The notes under the pieces were generated by a model. It made no database searches, was not told the DNA's origin, and saw only the letters and a program-made list of their open reading frames with translations. A DNA stretch of 64,000 bases from Octopus sinensis. Its lineage: Eukaryota. Positions 49,712-62,720 of this stretch are shown in pieces. Within the stretch, counting starts at the first letter, position 1. The number at the start of each line of letters is the position of its first letter. The DNA is taken from NCBI RefSeq assembly GCF_006345805.1, contig NC_043000.1:2046001-2110000 (forward strand), written 5' to 3'. The position numbers and the translations under genes are program-made.

Positions 49712-50120
49712 CAGGAGTGGCTGTGTGGTAAGTAGCTTGTTTACCAACTGTATGGTTCCGGGTTCAGTCCCACTGCGTGGCACCTTGGGCAAGTGTCTTC
49801 TACTATAGCCTCGGGCCGACCAAAGCCTTGTGAGTGGATTTGGTAAACGGAAACTGAAAGAAGCCTGTCGTATATATGTATATATATATATATATGTATG
49901 TGTGTGTTTGTGTGTCTGTGTTTGTGCCCCCAACATCGCTTGACAACCGATGCTGGTGTGTTTACGTCCCCATTACTTAGCGGTTCGGCAAAAGAGACCG
50001 ATAGAATAAGTACTGGGCTTACAAAGAATAAGTCCCAGGGTCGATTTGCTCGACTAAAGGTGGTGCTCCAGCATGGCCGCAGTCAAATGACTGAAACAAG
50101 TAAAAGAGTAAAAAGAGTAT
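49712..50120 (+). mobile_element. SINE B
   Basis: Full-length young copy. Confidence 0.9.
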
Positions 50121-52052
50121 ACATACAGAGGTGGGTACCATTAATTAAAAAGTTAACTTGAATTATTAGTCTGTTGAAAATGTAATGGAAGTTAACATTA
50201 ATCCATTAATGTTAACTTTTATTGAAAAAAAGCATAACTACAGTTTAATGCCCCACCAATTTTGTTGCCTTGTAACTTTCAGAAAAGTGGATACTTTTAA
50301 TGAAACTTTCCCCCAAATGATTGCTTATATCCTGTAGATTGAGTGGATGCAAAGATTTGTTGAAAAAAATTTTCTGAGGGGTTGAGAAGAGGAGTTTCAG
50401 AAAATTCACAGGACCTGGCATTTTTTCCCTCATAACTTTCTGGAAAAAAAAATTTTTTGATAAAATTTTCTACAAATACCTTTCAAACGGTGTAGATTAC
50501 AATTACAAAGAAATTTGTAGGCAAAATTGTTGGTAGGGGGTGGGGAGGGAGAGTTTCTGGAAAATGGAGTTTCAGATCAGATGGCCCACATAAGTTGGAA
50601 TTTCTTTGTTTTGATGGGGATTCTTTTCCATTGTTTTTCACTAAAGTCTTCAGAATGATGGGAGGCATCTTTTCACAAAAAAGGAAAAAAAAAATTGTTT
50701 TTATACTCCCCGTCATCTCCTCACTACCCCAGTCCAAAATGATTTTGGCCATTTTTTTTTCACTATGCACTTAAAGACCGCGAGAGAAACATTTATGATT
50801 TTTAAAAAAATGTTAATAATTTCAGAAAAAAGTGTGTGATTTAAGGGAGATTTGGCTGTTGTTTCTAGCACACTCCAAAACCTCCTTCCTTGTTTCTTTC
50901 TCATTCACACATCTATTGATATTTTTCAATATTTTTCTCCCCATAAACAAATTTTATGGAATGATGATGTCAAAGTAACACACTTGTAGTCCCAACCAAG
51001 TGAGGTCATGTTATGTGTGTGTGTGTGTGTGTGTGTGTAAGAAAAAAAAACACCTAAAAACATCACAGTGTATCATCAGACCCTAAAGCTATTGGCCTAT
51101 GGCTTCTCAGGCCAACAAGTTTAGGGTCTGATGATACACTGTAAAGCTAAGCACTTTATGGACGTGAAACCCAGGGTGATCCCATAGACCAGCCTTATCT
51201 AACTTTATCTATATGCTACCCTGCTCTATAACTTAGAGTGTGCTTCTTTTTCAGATTTAAGATTTACCGATGATATATATATATATATATGTGTATAAGG
51301 TAAAACCTAAATGTATTTCTCTTCAAGTTTTGACAATAAATATTAGGTTGTTTGATTAACTGAACTCCTTGCTTGTTAAATAAACATATAAGTGGTTGAG
51401 TATTCCATAGATATATGCATCGTTTAATAAAATCGTCTAGTAGAATCTGTGTGAGACAGTGTCTGGCAAAGGTGGATCATTGAAATACATGTATAATCCA
51501 TCTGAAATATTTGTATATATTTTTATTTTTTATCTTATTTTTTACTTGTATGTATGTGTGTGTGTGTGTGTGTCTGTGTTTGTAACTTTGCAGCAGGAGG
51601 TGCAGATGAGGGCAGCTGCATCAAACTCTCTCATGCACCAAACGTCAATTGCTAAAATGCATTTGTGAAGTGAAATTATGTAGCAACACCAAATGGCGGT
51701 GCCCCAGCATGGCCACAGCTCGTGAGCTGAAACTAGATGAAATAAAATAAAATAGATAAAATATGACGGGCTTCTTTCAGTTTCTGTCTGTCACATCCAC
51801 TCACAAGACACTTCTGCAAGTGCTGCATAGTGGGACTGAATCCAAGACCACATGGTTGGGAAGTGAGTTTCTTACCCACACAGCCACACCTATGCCTATA
51901 ATATAATCAAAAATAAATGCAACATATGTACCCTTGTTTCCCCCCTAAAGTATTTCTTGAATCATTGAAAACACCCAAAGGAAAGAAACAGGTTTACATG
52001 TGTAGCATTTAGCCTTTTAACTAACTTATATGTTATATACAGTAACCTCCTT

Positions 52053-52233
52053 TCGAGATTCGCCAACACTACACCTGATTTTCTCCCCTCCATACACACA
52101 CAAGCATGTATCTGACTCATACATTGTTCGCTTTCAGACATTTCTACATTACTGCATGTACTTTATATGCACTTTCTGTCAAGTTGTGGTGCACCTGAGC
52201 ACTGTATACAATAATTTCATTATTATTATTATT
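52053..52233 (+). mobile_element. CR1-type LINE 3'UTR with (ATT)n tail
   Basis: Near-identical to 61162-61343. Confidence 0.8.
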
Positions 52234-53072
52234 AAGTCCTGTGTTTGGAAGCTCGGGTGGTATCACTTAGAAAGGAATGGGTGAAGTTGAGAGTGATGTC
52301 AGGTACATCATTGTTGCATTGGGAAAAAGTGTGGGAGTTAAATTCAGGAGCCCACCAGAGTTGAGAGAGAGAGAGAGAGAAAGAGAAAGTGAGCTTTCAG
52401 CATGTGCTTTGATAGTGGAACCTGATAAGGTGCTTCCAGTTCAAGAAACAAGAGTGAAATGGAGCCCAGATGCGCCTGCTTAACTGAGAGATTCTTATGC
52501 CAGACATGATCAATTACCATGGTGATATCAAGTGCAACAACATTGTGTATATAGTTGAATTCTGAAACCCTGGATTCTATTTCCTGGTGGAGCTCATTCT
52601 GTTGTACCTTTTTGAAGTTTAGTTTACTTCATTGATGTATAAATGTGTTGTGTTGTTAACATCGTGTAAAGTATGAAAAATGGTTATTATCTCCTTCAAA
52701 CTTTGCTTTTGTTACATTTATTCAAACCCCAAAAGAATCCCTCTCAACACAATGGCTGTGATGCTCCCCCACTACTCTTGCTCATGATCAGAGATGCAAA
52801 TATTGTCAGCCACTACGGGACATGCTCAAGTGGTTAAGGTCAAACATTTGACAAGCAAATCTGTTGTATTGAGCAGAATATTTGCTATAATGATATTTCC
52901 GCTTCAGCAACTCAGCACTGAACCTGTTTGAAATGTAATGGGAAATAGGTCAATTTCCAAACATTGATGTCCAGGTCACAAAAGTAAAGTTTGAAGGAAA
53001 TAGTAGTCATCTCCTTTGATTTCAGGATAGAAGCAAATAAGAAATAATGCTTACTGACCAAAGACAAAAAAA

Positions 53073-53385
53073 AGTGGAGGCACATGGTCTAGTGATTAGA
53101 GCAGCAGACTCACGGTCAAGGTATCGCGGGTTCGAATCTCAGACCGGGTGATGTGTGTGTTGATGAGCGAAACACCTAAGCCCCACACGGCTCCAGCAGA
53201 AGGTAATGGCAAACTTCTGCTGACTCTTTCACCACAACTTTCTCTCACTCTTTCCTCCTGCATCTTGCAGCTCACCTGCGACGGACCGGTGTCCCATCCA
53301 GGTGGGGAACCTATATGCCAAGGAAACCGGGAAACCGGCCGATGTGAGCCAGGCATGGCTCGAGAAGGAACAAACAGAAAAAAAA
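53073..53385 (+). mobile_element. SINE with a family D head and a different 3' domain
   Basis: Head and body match 38530-38726; the tail is GCAGCTCACCTGCGACGGACCGGTGTCCCATCCAGG...GGCATGGCTCGAGAAGGAACAAAC. Confidence 0.75.
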
Positions 53386-53619
53386 AAGACAAAAAAAAGT
53401 AAAATAAAGAAATAAAATAAAATTTCGTTACACAGTGTAATTGATATGTAGTATATGAATAATTGGAGAATTGTGGCAGCTGTTTTTGCACAGCAGGTGA
53501 TGTCTGGGAAAGAATTGTATTGGTAGGGTATGCCTGTATGACTTCTACTATAATCTCAAACTGACAATGTCTTATGAGTAAAAGTGGGAGATGGAAACTG
53601 TACAGAAGCTCTTTGCATA

Positions 53620-53661
<42 letters not shown>

Positions 53662-53802
53662 TATGAATACTTACATTCTGTTGTTTTTTGCATGATAGTA
53701 TATGAGCAATGTGGTTATGTCATATTTATAGTCACTGTTAACAATATGTCCTGAAGTGCTGTGCTTTCAAAAGAGAAGTGGAATAAAGAAAAAAAATTTC
53801 TT

Positions 53803-54170
53803 ATGAGTGGCTGTGTGGTAAGTAGCTTGCTAACCAACCACATGGTTCCGGGTTCAGTCCCACTGCGTGGCATCTTGGGCAAGTGTCTTCTGCTATAGCC
53901 CCGGGCCGACCAATGCCTTGTGAGTGGATTGGTAGACGGAAACTGAAAGAAGCCTGTCGTATATATGTATATATATATATATATAATATATATCTCTTCT
54001 CTCTTTTTTCCTCTTTTCTTGTTTCAGTCATTTGAACTGCGGCCATGCTGGAGCACCGCCTTTTAGTACTTATCTATCGGTCTCTTTTGCGAACCGCTAA
54101 GTAACGGGGACATAAGCACACCAGCATCGGTTGTCAAGCAATGCTAGGGGGACAAACACAAACACACACT

Positions 54171-54201
<31 letters not shown>

Positions 54202-54710
54202 ACAGGCTTCTTTCAGTTTCCGTCTACCAAATCCACTCACAAGGCTTTGGTCGCCCGGGGCTACATTAGAAGACCTTGCCAAGATCCACGCAGTGGGACT
54301 GAACCCGGAACCATGTGGCAGGTAGAAGCTACTTACCACACAGCCACTCCATATATATATTGTGTGTGTTTGTGGTGTCTGTGTTTGTTTCCCGTTCAGC
54401 ATGCTTGACAACTGATGCTGGTGTGTTTACTGAACCCGGCCATGTGGCAGGTACACAAGCTACTTAACACAACAGCCACTCCATATATATCTATGTGTGT
54501 GTTGTGTGTGTCTTGTTTGTTCCCCTAGCATTGCTTGACAACTGATGCTGTGTGTTTACGTCCCCGTCACTTAGCGGTTCGGCAAAAGAGACCGATCGAA
54601 TAAGTACTGGGCTTACAAAGAATAAGTCCGGGGCGAGTTGCTCGATTTAAGGCGGTGCTCCAGCATGGCCGCAGTCAAATGACTGAAACAAGTAAAAGAG
54701 TAAAAGAGTA
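53803..54710. mobile_element. Plus-strand SINE B with a minus-strand SINE B inserted in its (TA)n; indel-rich
   Basis: Host 5' half 53803-53990, insert ~53995-54350, host 3' half 54350-54710. Confidence 0.75.
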
Positions 54711-55149
54711 TGCAAAGCAATAAAGGGTTGGGGACAGGAAGAGCATTCAGGAATAAAATATGGCTTCTCTAAGTTTCTGTCTGACCCATATCAGCATCGA
54801 AAACTGGGTGTAAAATGAACAAAAGAATGAATATATAATATACATGTGTGTGTATACAAACACACACAACACATGCAAATACACACATATGCAGAACACA
54901 AATATACGAAGACTCAGATGAAGAATGCAAAAGAAATGTGTTCGGGACATATGATCGGAGTGAGGATGACAGATGTGTGAAGGAGTACTAAATGATTTCA
55001 GTGGTGAAAGCGTGAAGAAGAAGACTGAAGGAGATATGTGAGGAGGTTACTGAGTGAGTTCTGAAAAGGCTAAACCTGAGTAATGAGATAATGTACTCAA
55101 AATAATCCAGTCCAACTTATACTAGTATTGAAAAATAAATGTAAAAGTA

Positions 55150-55175
55150 GTGATTTATATATATATAATCGATAT

Positions 55176-55214
<39 letters not shown>

Positions 55215-55741
55215 AAATAATAGACATTTATAAATATATATAATAGATATTTTAGATATATATATGATAGACTTTTTATATATATATATAATAGACATTT
55301 TATATGTATAAGATAACATTTTATCTATATATATATAATAACATTTTATATATATATTATAATAGACATTTTATATATATATATATGATAGAATTTTATA
55401 TATATATATATGATAGACATTTTATATATATGATAGACATGTTATTATATGTTATAATGACATTTTATATATATATATAATAGACATTTTAATATATATA
55501 TATAATATACATTTTATATATATATATATGAAGACATTTTATATATATATATCATAGACATTTTATATGTATATAATAGACATTTTAATATATATATATA
55601 ATAACATTTTATATATATATATATAATAGACATTTTATATATATATAATATAGACATTTATATATATATATAGATAGCATTTTATATATATATATATGAT
55701 AGTACATTTTATATATAATGATAGACATGTTATATATATAT

Positions 55742-55785
<44 letters not shown>

Positions 55786-55788
55786 AGC

Positions 55789-55826
<38 letters not shown>

Positions 55827-55888
55827 AGACATTATATATATATATATGTATATATATATACTAGACATTTTATATATTATAAATAGAC

Positions 55889-55935
<47 letters not shown>

Positions 55936-56010
55936 GACATTATATATATATATTATATATATATATATATAATAGAACATTTTATATATATATATATAAT
56001 AGCTTTTAAT
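55150..56010. repeat. AT-rich minisatellite ATAGACATTTT(AT)n
   Basis: The ATAGACATTT anchor is repeated with variable (TA)n spacers. Confidence 0.9.
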
Positions 56011-56289
56011 ATAATATATAATAATCATATATATACATATATCTATTGTAATGTCTATTTGTGCAACAGTTGTGTTGGAACTTGAAACTCTGATATCACT
56101 TCATTTTTTTTTTCTCTCTTCACCATTTGTCTGTTTACCATCACAAGTATCACTGTCTGCTGCCATGTTGACATTATTGGAAGTATAATATCAGTTAAGT
56201 TGTACTTTTAGCCAATATACTCCAATTAATTACACACATATGTTTACGTGATTGTAGGTAGAAGGTGAAGAATCTCTTCTCTCTCTTTC

Positions 56290-56338
<49 letters not shown>

Positions 56339-56560
56339 TATATACATATATATATATACATATATATTACTTATATATTCATATAATACATTATACATAT
56401 ATATTAACATATATATATACTTATATATATACATATATATACATATATATATACATATCTATACATATATATATACATATTATATTATACACATATATAA
56501 TATACATATGTATATATATACATATATAATACATAATATATATATATATATATATTAACA
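56290..56560. repeat. Degenerate (TA)n/(TATACA)n low-complexity tract
   Basis: Direct reading. Confidence 0.9.
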
Positions 56561-56975
56561 TCACACTTGCACATACACACTTGCACATACACACTCACAC
56601 ATACACACACAAATATTGTTGACATCATAAGAATTTATAAATTTCGTGAGAACATGAAATATTTCATTTTTTTGGTGCGGGGGAAATGGTGAAAGTCAAA
56701 GAGGATAAAGCTATTAATAATAGCGGGTGAGTCAAAGACTGCTTTCTGATAAGGATAAAGTTTCTAAAATGCAAAGAGAAGTTTGAAAGACTGCTTTGGT
56801 CCAGTGGGCAAATCGCTTGTCATGTTTACCAAAGATTTGGGTTCATGTCTCATAGGAAGCCTTCGACTGTTTCTATCCAAATAGGTATTTTAACCCAATA
56901 TTTACATGCCATTATTTAGAACTTTATCTGGTTCAGGTTTCATCTTTTCAAAAGATAGAATATCTATATATTCAC

Positions 56976-57372
56976 AGTAAGTAGCTTGCTAACCACACAA
57001 CCACATGGTTCTGGGTTCAGTCCCACTGCGTGGCATCTTGGGCAAGTGTCTTCTGCTATAGCCCCGGGCCGACCAATGCCTTGTGAGTGGATTTGGTAGA
57101 CGGAAACTGAGAAAAGCCTATTGTATATATGTATATATATAATATATATATGTATGTGTGTGTTTTTGTGTGTCTGTGTTTGTCCCCCTAGCATTGCTTG
57201 ACAACCGATGCTGGTGTGTTTACGTCCCTGTCACTTAGCGGTTTGGCAATAGAGACTGATAGAGTAAGTACTTGGCTTACAAAGAATAATTCCCGGGGTT
57301 GATTTGCTCGACTAAAGGCGATGCTCCAGCATGGCCGCAGTCAAATGACTGAAACAAGTAAAAGAGTAAGAG
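56976..57372 (+). mobile_element. SINE B (5' end clipped)
   Basis: Family match. Confidence 0.85.
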
Positions 57373-57691
57373 TATATATGTCTATCTATTTACATATATA
57401 ACCAGAAATGGCTCTGACGAAAGTAGCATTAATTTCTGAGGTCATTCAATTTTTCTCAACTGATCATTAAACCAATTAGTAAATCTGTCAGTAATGAACT
57501 TATAATAATTACTGAAAACTGCTGTAAGCCAAATTTACTCCAATAAAGGTAAAATATGTAACAACTATTGTTTAATTGTTTATACTTTGTCTAGATATAT
57601 ATATATCTGTTAATATTTGTTTTTATGCTTAGTTATAATAAAAATAACAATAATAAATCTCTGAACGAGATATAAACAGTAACTGCTCGAC

Positions 57692-57946
57692 AACGTAAGG
57701 GGTATTAGCCATCTGAATGTGGCTAGCCACTGGAGGGTGGGTGGGGTGTTACTGATGCTTTTAGCCCCAGGCGATCAACGTCACCAAGGACTTTAGACAC
57801 TATCTCAGTGCCCTTTGCAAATAACACAAGGGCACTGAGATAGTGTCTAAAGTCCTTCTGGTGACGTTGATCGCCTGGGGCTAAAAGCATCAGTAACCCC
57901 CCCCCCCGTGGCTAGCCACATTCAGATGGCTAATACCCCTTACGTT
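57692..57946. repeat. Foldback with ~120-bp inverted arms and a 12-nt loop; same family as 28321-28768
   Basis: Arms 57692-57815 and 57828-57946 are complementary except for a G-rich versus poly-C segment and a small indel. Confidence 0.92.
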
Positions 57947-58241
57947 ATAATAAAAATAATTTTACATTAATCTGAGGGGTTACTCTATGCTGTCATAGAG
58001 TACAGATTTATTCTTACACAAGAATATTGTTGACAGTGTCTTTGAAGTTCAATGATAGCTTAATTGACCAAAACTTTGTAGTCTGTCAACAATATTCTTG
58101 TTTTTGCCAGCCCTAGTCAAACCGTCCAACCTATGCCAGCATGGACAATGGATGTTAAATGATGGTGATGATGATGATGTATATGTGTGTGTGTGTGTAT
58201 GAATAATATATATTATGATATTCTTACTTTAGTCTAGTGAT

Positions 58242-58449
58242 TACTCTTTACTTGTTTCAGTCATTTGACTGTGGCCATGCTGGAGCACCACCTTTAATCG
58301 AGCAACTTGACCCCGGGACTTATTCTTTGTAAGCCCAGTACTTATTCTATCGGTCTCTTTTGCCGAACCGCTAAGTGACGGGGACATAAACACACCAGCA
58401 TCGGTGTCAAGCAATGCTAGGGGGACAAACACAGACACACAACTACACG

Positions 58450-58483
<34 letters not shown>

Positions 58484-58662
58484 TATATAATATATACATA
58501 TATACGAAGGGCTTCTTTCAGTTTCGTCTACCAAATCCACTCACAAGGCATTGGTCGGCCTGAGGCTATGTAGAGAAGACACTTGCCCAAGGTGCCATGC
58601 AGTGGGACTGAACACGGAACCATGTGGTTGGTAAGCAAGCTACTTGCCACACGGCCACTCCT
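58242..58662 (-). mobile_element. SINE B
   Basis: Family match. Confidence 0.88.
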
Positions 58663-59175
58663 GATTGTTCATTCTAAATGTATTGGTCTTCTATGACTTT
58701 GTGATTTGTGGCTAGTAGCAGGACCAGTAGTGGTACTGGTGATGTTAGAGACAGTGGTGGTGTTTGTTGTGGTGGTAGTTGTGGCTGAGTTTGTGGCTAT
58801 GATAATGGTAGGATTGGTTATTAGAGATTTATTGATGGTGGTGATTGTGATGGCGGAGGTGTTCATATTGCAGTGATGTTCATAATTGTGGTGCCAGTGG
58901 TTGTAATAGTAATTGTGATCATAGTAGTAGTATCATTAGTAGTAATTGTAATAATAATTGTAATGAAGGCACGTAACTTAGCGGAAAGGGGTATTTGGAT
59001 AATAATTGTAAGGTTGTGAGTTCAGTTCCTGGTGGCATGCTGTGTATTGTAGAAGAATAAACAATTTATTGCACGTAAATTTTGACAAAATCTTATGTGG
59101 GTCACGTGGACCCCATTTGGGAACCACTGACTTATAAGAGCAACTGAGTACTGTTTGGTATTTTGGGACAATTTA

Positions 59176-59505
59176 CCGTATTTGATGGCCTATAAGTGCA
59201 TGAGTGCATGGGACACCCTAGCTTAGGTTATACTTTTGTATAATAAATTACCACTAAAATAATGTTTTAATTCCTCCACTTACCTTACTTTGTTATTACT
59301 GGTAATTATAAGCAATTTATTGCATCCACATTCGATATAAACATACCATAGGTGATTGTTCACCAATAGATGGCAGCACACATTTTGTAAACATACATAC
59401 CGTTTCGGGCAAGTTTTGAGCCTGCATTGAGTGCATTGGATGCAGGGGGATTTTTAAAGCCATTTTTGGTTAAAAAAGGTGTGTCTTATAGGCCATCAAA
59501 TACGG
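59176..59505. mobile_element. Tc1/mariner-pogo-type MITE with 21-bp perfect TIRs CCGTATTTGATGGCCTATAAG
   Basis: TIRs at 59176-59196 and 59485-59505; TA on the left flank, TC on the right. Confidence 0.78.
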
Positions 59506-59744
59506 TCAATAAAAGAAAATTAAGAACTGAAAACAGATGACCAAGAAGTTCAGTGATCAGGATGAAATGATTAGAAGCAGGGGAAATGTGATGTAGGATG
59601 AAGGGCTGTGATGAATGGGAAGGGATCGAAAGAAAGAGAAACAGTAACAGACAAGTGGAGAGAAAGCGAAAGAGAAAGTGAAAGAACGATTTGTTGCTGA
59701 TGCAATAATAACAAAGAAGGAAAAAGAGGATGAACCAGCCAGGA

Positions 59745-60080
59745 CCCCTGGACTGGTGGTACGTAAAAAGCACTATCCGACTCGTGGCTGATGCCAGCGC
59801 CGCCTCGACTGGCTTCCGTGCCGGTGGCACATAAAATACACCAATCCGACCGTGGCCGTTGCCAGCCTCGCCTGGCACCAGTGCAGGTGGCACGTAAAAA
59901 GCACCCACTACACTCACGGAGTGGTTGGCGTTAGGAAGGGCATCCAGCCGTAGAAACATTACCAGATAAGACTGGAGCCTGGTGCAGCCTTCTTGCTTCC
60001 CAGATCCCCGGTCGAACCGTCCAACCCATGCTAGCATGGAGAACGGACGTTAAACGATGATGATGATGATGATGATGATG
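59745..60080 (+). mobile_element. Family C (RTE 3'UTR)
   Basis: Family match. Confidence 0.85.
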
Positions 60081-60959
60081 ATAGAAAGGTACAAAGCTAG
60101 AAAGTGGGATCACTCGATGGATGGATGGATGGATGGATAGATAGACAAGATACATTGATAGAAAGGAGAATGCTACAGAAAGTGGTAGAAATGTATAAAG
60201 ATATGTTTCTTTATTAGCCACACAGGGCTGCACACTGACGGGAGAAATTACAGGGTAGAGCTTTTCTTTTTGGGGAGAAAAAAAGGGGGGGTAGGTTTTC
60301 GATCAAAAGGGATCGTAAAAAGGAAAGAGAAAGAGGATAGAAAGGAAAAGAAAAAAAAAAGGGGGAAAAATCGATCGAGATTGTGTATCACAGAAATGTC
60401 ATGATATAAAGTGTAAAGGGGGAAACAGATGGGGTTTATCCGTGGAAAGAAAAGCCTACGGAAAAGACAACGGTAACCTCGGTCAATAATGTCACATGTA
60501 TAAAGGTAGAAAGGGGAATAAATGGGTAGATAAATAGTTATGAAGACAGAAAGACAGGTTGAAAAATAAAACGGTAGAAAGATAGGTAGAGAAAGTGATA
60601 GATCCATTCGCATATATACATATATCTGTCTATCTATCTACATTCATCCATCTGTCTTTTGTTGATCTGGTAAGTTATGGGGATGTAAACAAACACTGGT
60701 CGTCAAGCAGTGGAGGGGCATGGATGCAACACACACATATACACACATACACACACATGTATATTCATACAGACAAATAAACAAATGTGTGTGTATGTGT
60801 GAACAGATCAATGTAGATATCAATGATCATTTGGTTGATTGATCATGTGATTCATCAGTTCATTGAACTCACGTAAATATGACAGAATATTCTACAGACA
60901 TATGCACTATTAATGTAGTCCTGAGGCAGGATTAGCTTCACACAAAGTGTATTAATGAT

Positions 60960-61343
60960 GTACTTTTGAAATTACAGATACTATCTCAAACTCCACCCGT
61001 CTAACACCCGTGGACATATTTACAAAGTCAGAAAACAGCACAGCTCCCATGACTTTAGGAAACATTTTTTCACACTAAGAGTTGCTGAAGCATGGAACAA
61101 ACTGCAGGCATCAGTTGTTAGTTGTCGGAGCACTGCATCCTTCAAAACTTCCATGCTTCCTGAGATTCGCCAACACTACACCTGATTTTCTCCCCTCCAT
61201 ACACACGCAAGCATGTATCTGACTCATACATTGTTCGCTTTCCAGACATTTGTACATTACTGCATGTACTTTATAAGCACTTTCTGACAAGTTGTGGTGC
61301 ACCTGAGCACTGTATACAATAATTTCATTATTATTATTATTAT
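60960..61343 (+). mobile_element. 5'-truncated CR1-clade LINE: ORF2 C-terminus, 3'UTR and (ATT)n
   Basis: LHPSNTRGHIYKVRKQHSSHDFRKHFFTLRVAEAWNKLQASVVSCRSTASFKTSMLPEIRQHYT*. Confidence 0.85.
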
Positions 61344-61494
61344 CTAAAGGATTTTTGCATGGTTCCCTTTGTTTACAAACTTATGATAAAAACACTTGTC
61401 CAAGTTTCCACATAGTGACTTAGTAGTTTTGATCTCAGGCCCTTATGATTGTGAAGTGAACTTCTTAATTATTTGGGCTGGCTGCATATTTATA

Positions 61495-61750
61495 TAGGTG
61501 GCACATAAAAAGCACCATCCGTTCGTGGCCATTTGCCAGCTCTGTCTGGCACCTGTGCAGGTGGCACGTAAAAAGCACCCACTACACTCACGGAGTGGTT
61601 GGCGTTAGGAAGGGCATCCAGCTGTAGAAACATTGCCAGATCTGACTAGGCCTGATGAAGCCTTCTGGCTTCACAGACCCCAGTTGAACCGTCCAACCCA
61701 TGCTAGCATGGAAAACAGACGCTAAACGATGATGATGATGATGATGATGT
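61495..61750 (+). mobile_element. Family C (RTE 3'UTR)
   Basis: Family match. Confidence 0.85.
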
Positions 61751-61965
61751 ATGGTACACACACACATATATGATACATAGAAACCTGTATGGATGGATGG
61801 ATGGATGGATGCAGGTGTGGTTGTGTTGTTTAAGAAGTTTGCTTCTCAGCCACATGGTTTTAGGTTCAATCCCACTGTATGACATCTATAGCCCCAGTCC
61901 AACCAAAGCCCTTATGAATGGATTTAGCAGAAAAGAACTGTGAGGAAGTGAGGAAGACCATTGTG

Positions 61966-61998
<33 letters not shown>

Positions 61999-62018
61999 GC
62001 ACACACACATATATATAT

Positions 62019-62205
62019 AATTGCAGTGTGGAAGGTGTTTATAAGCCATTTAAGAAACTCACAATAACCGGAATTTTGTCAGTGAACAGGTCGCAGTTTC
62101 AAAGTGACGAAAATATTTTGACAAATTAAATTTAAATGTTGAAGTGAATCTAACGGTTTTTGTGTGTTTCTTAAATGGCTCACAAACACCTTCCACGCTG
62201 CAATT
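62019..62205. mobile_element. Foldback MITE with ~50-bp TIRs (AATTGCAG(T/C)GTGGAAGGTGTTT...)
   Basis: Imperfect TIRs at both ends; a related partial copy lies at ~36425-36555. Confidence 0.7.
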
Positions 62206-62299
62206 GTTTTCGTTCCAGCACACGATCTCAGATCAGGTCACTTGCTATGCAAGTACATCTCCGTAATATATATATATATATATATATATGTAGCATCAT

Positions 62300-62720
62300 T
62301 ATCATCTGCTTTCCATGCTGGCATGGGTTAAATAGTTTGACTGAAACTGGTAAGCTGAAGAGATGCACCAGCTTCCTATCTGATTTGGTATGATTTCCAT
62401 GGCTGGATGCCCTTCCTAGCACCAACCACCCATAGAGTGTAATGGCTGTTTTTTATATACCAGTGGCATGGGTGCCAGTTACGTGACACCAGCATTGACC
62501 ACAACTATGCTTTCACTTGGCTTGATAAGTCTTCTCAAGCAGAGCACATTGCCTTTGGCCTTGGTCACTTATCACCTGTGTATTTGTGTTGTATTGGTCC
62601 CTCTCCCAACGCTACCAGTAAGGTGAGGGTGGGCAATGAGTACAGCAAAGAATTCAGGATACAAGCAGGGGTTCACTAAGGATCGGTGCTCAGCCCCCTC
62701 TTGTTCATCATAGTCCTCCA
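62300..62720. mobile_element. RTE fragments: minus-strand 3' end/family C (~62300-62575) and a plus-strand RT piece (62617-62720)
   Basis: SKVRVGNEYSKEFRIQAGVH*GSVLSPLLFIIVLQ. Confidence 0.75.

Noticed and set aside
51590-51670. Possible small exon after TTGCAG
   Set aside because: Short, with no convincing donor and no homology I can recognise.
10071-53385. tRNA genes at the SINE heads
   Set aside because: A- and B-box-like motifs run straight into repeat bodies with no complete cloverleaf, so they are SINE heads.
58669-58980. Thr-rich mucin-like ORF on the minus strand
   Set aside because: It is a degenerate GGT/GAT/AGT trinucleotide low-complexity tract.
60250-60480. Possible third hammerhead (minus strand GATC-CCTTTT-GATC-GAAA)
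   Set aside because: The CUGANGA core is missing and stems I and III cannot be formed.
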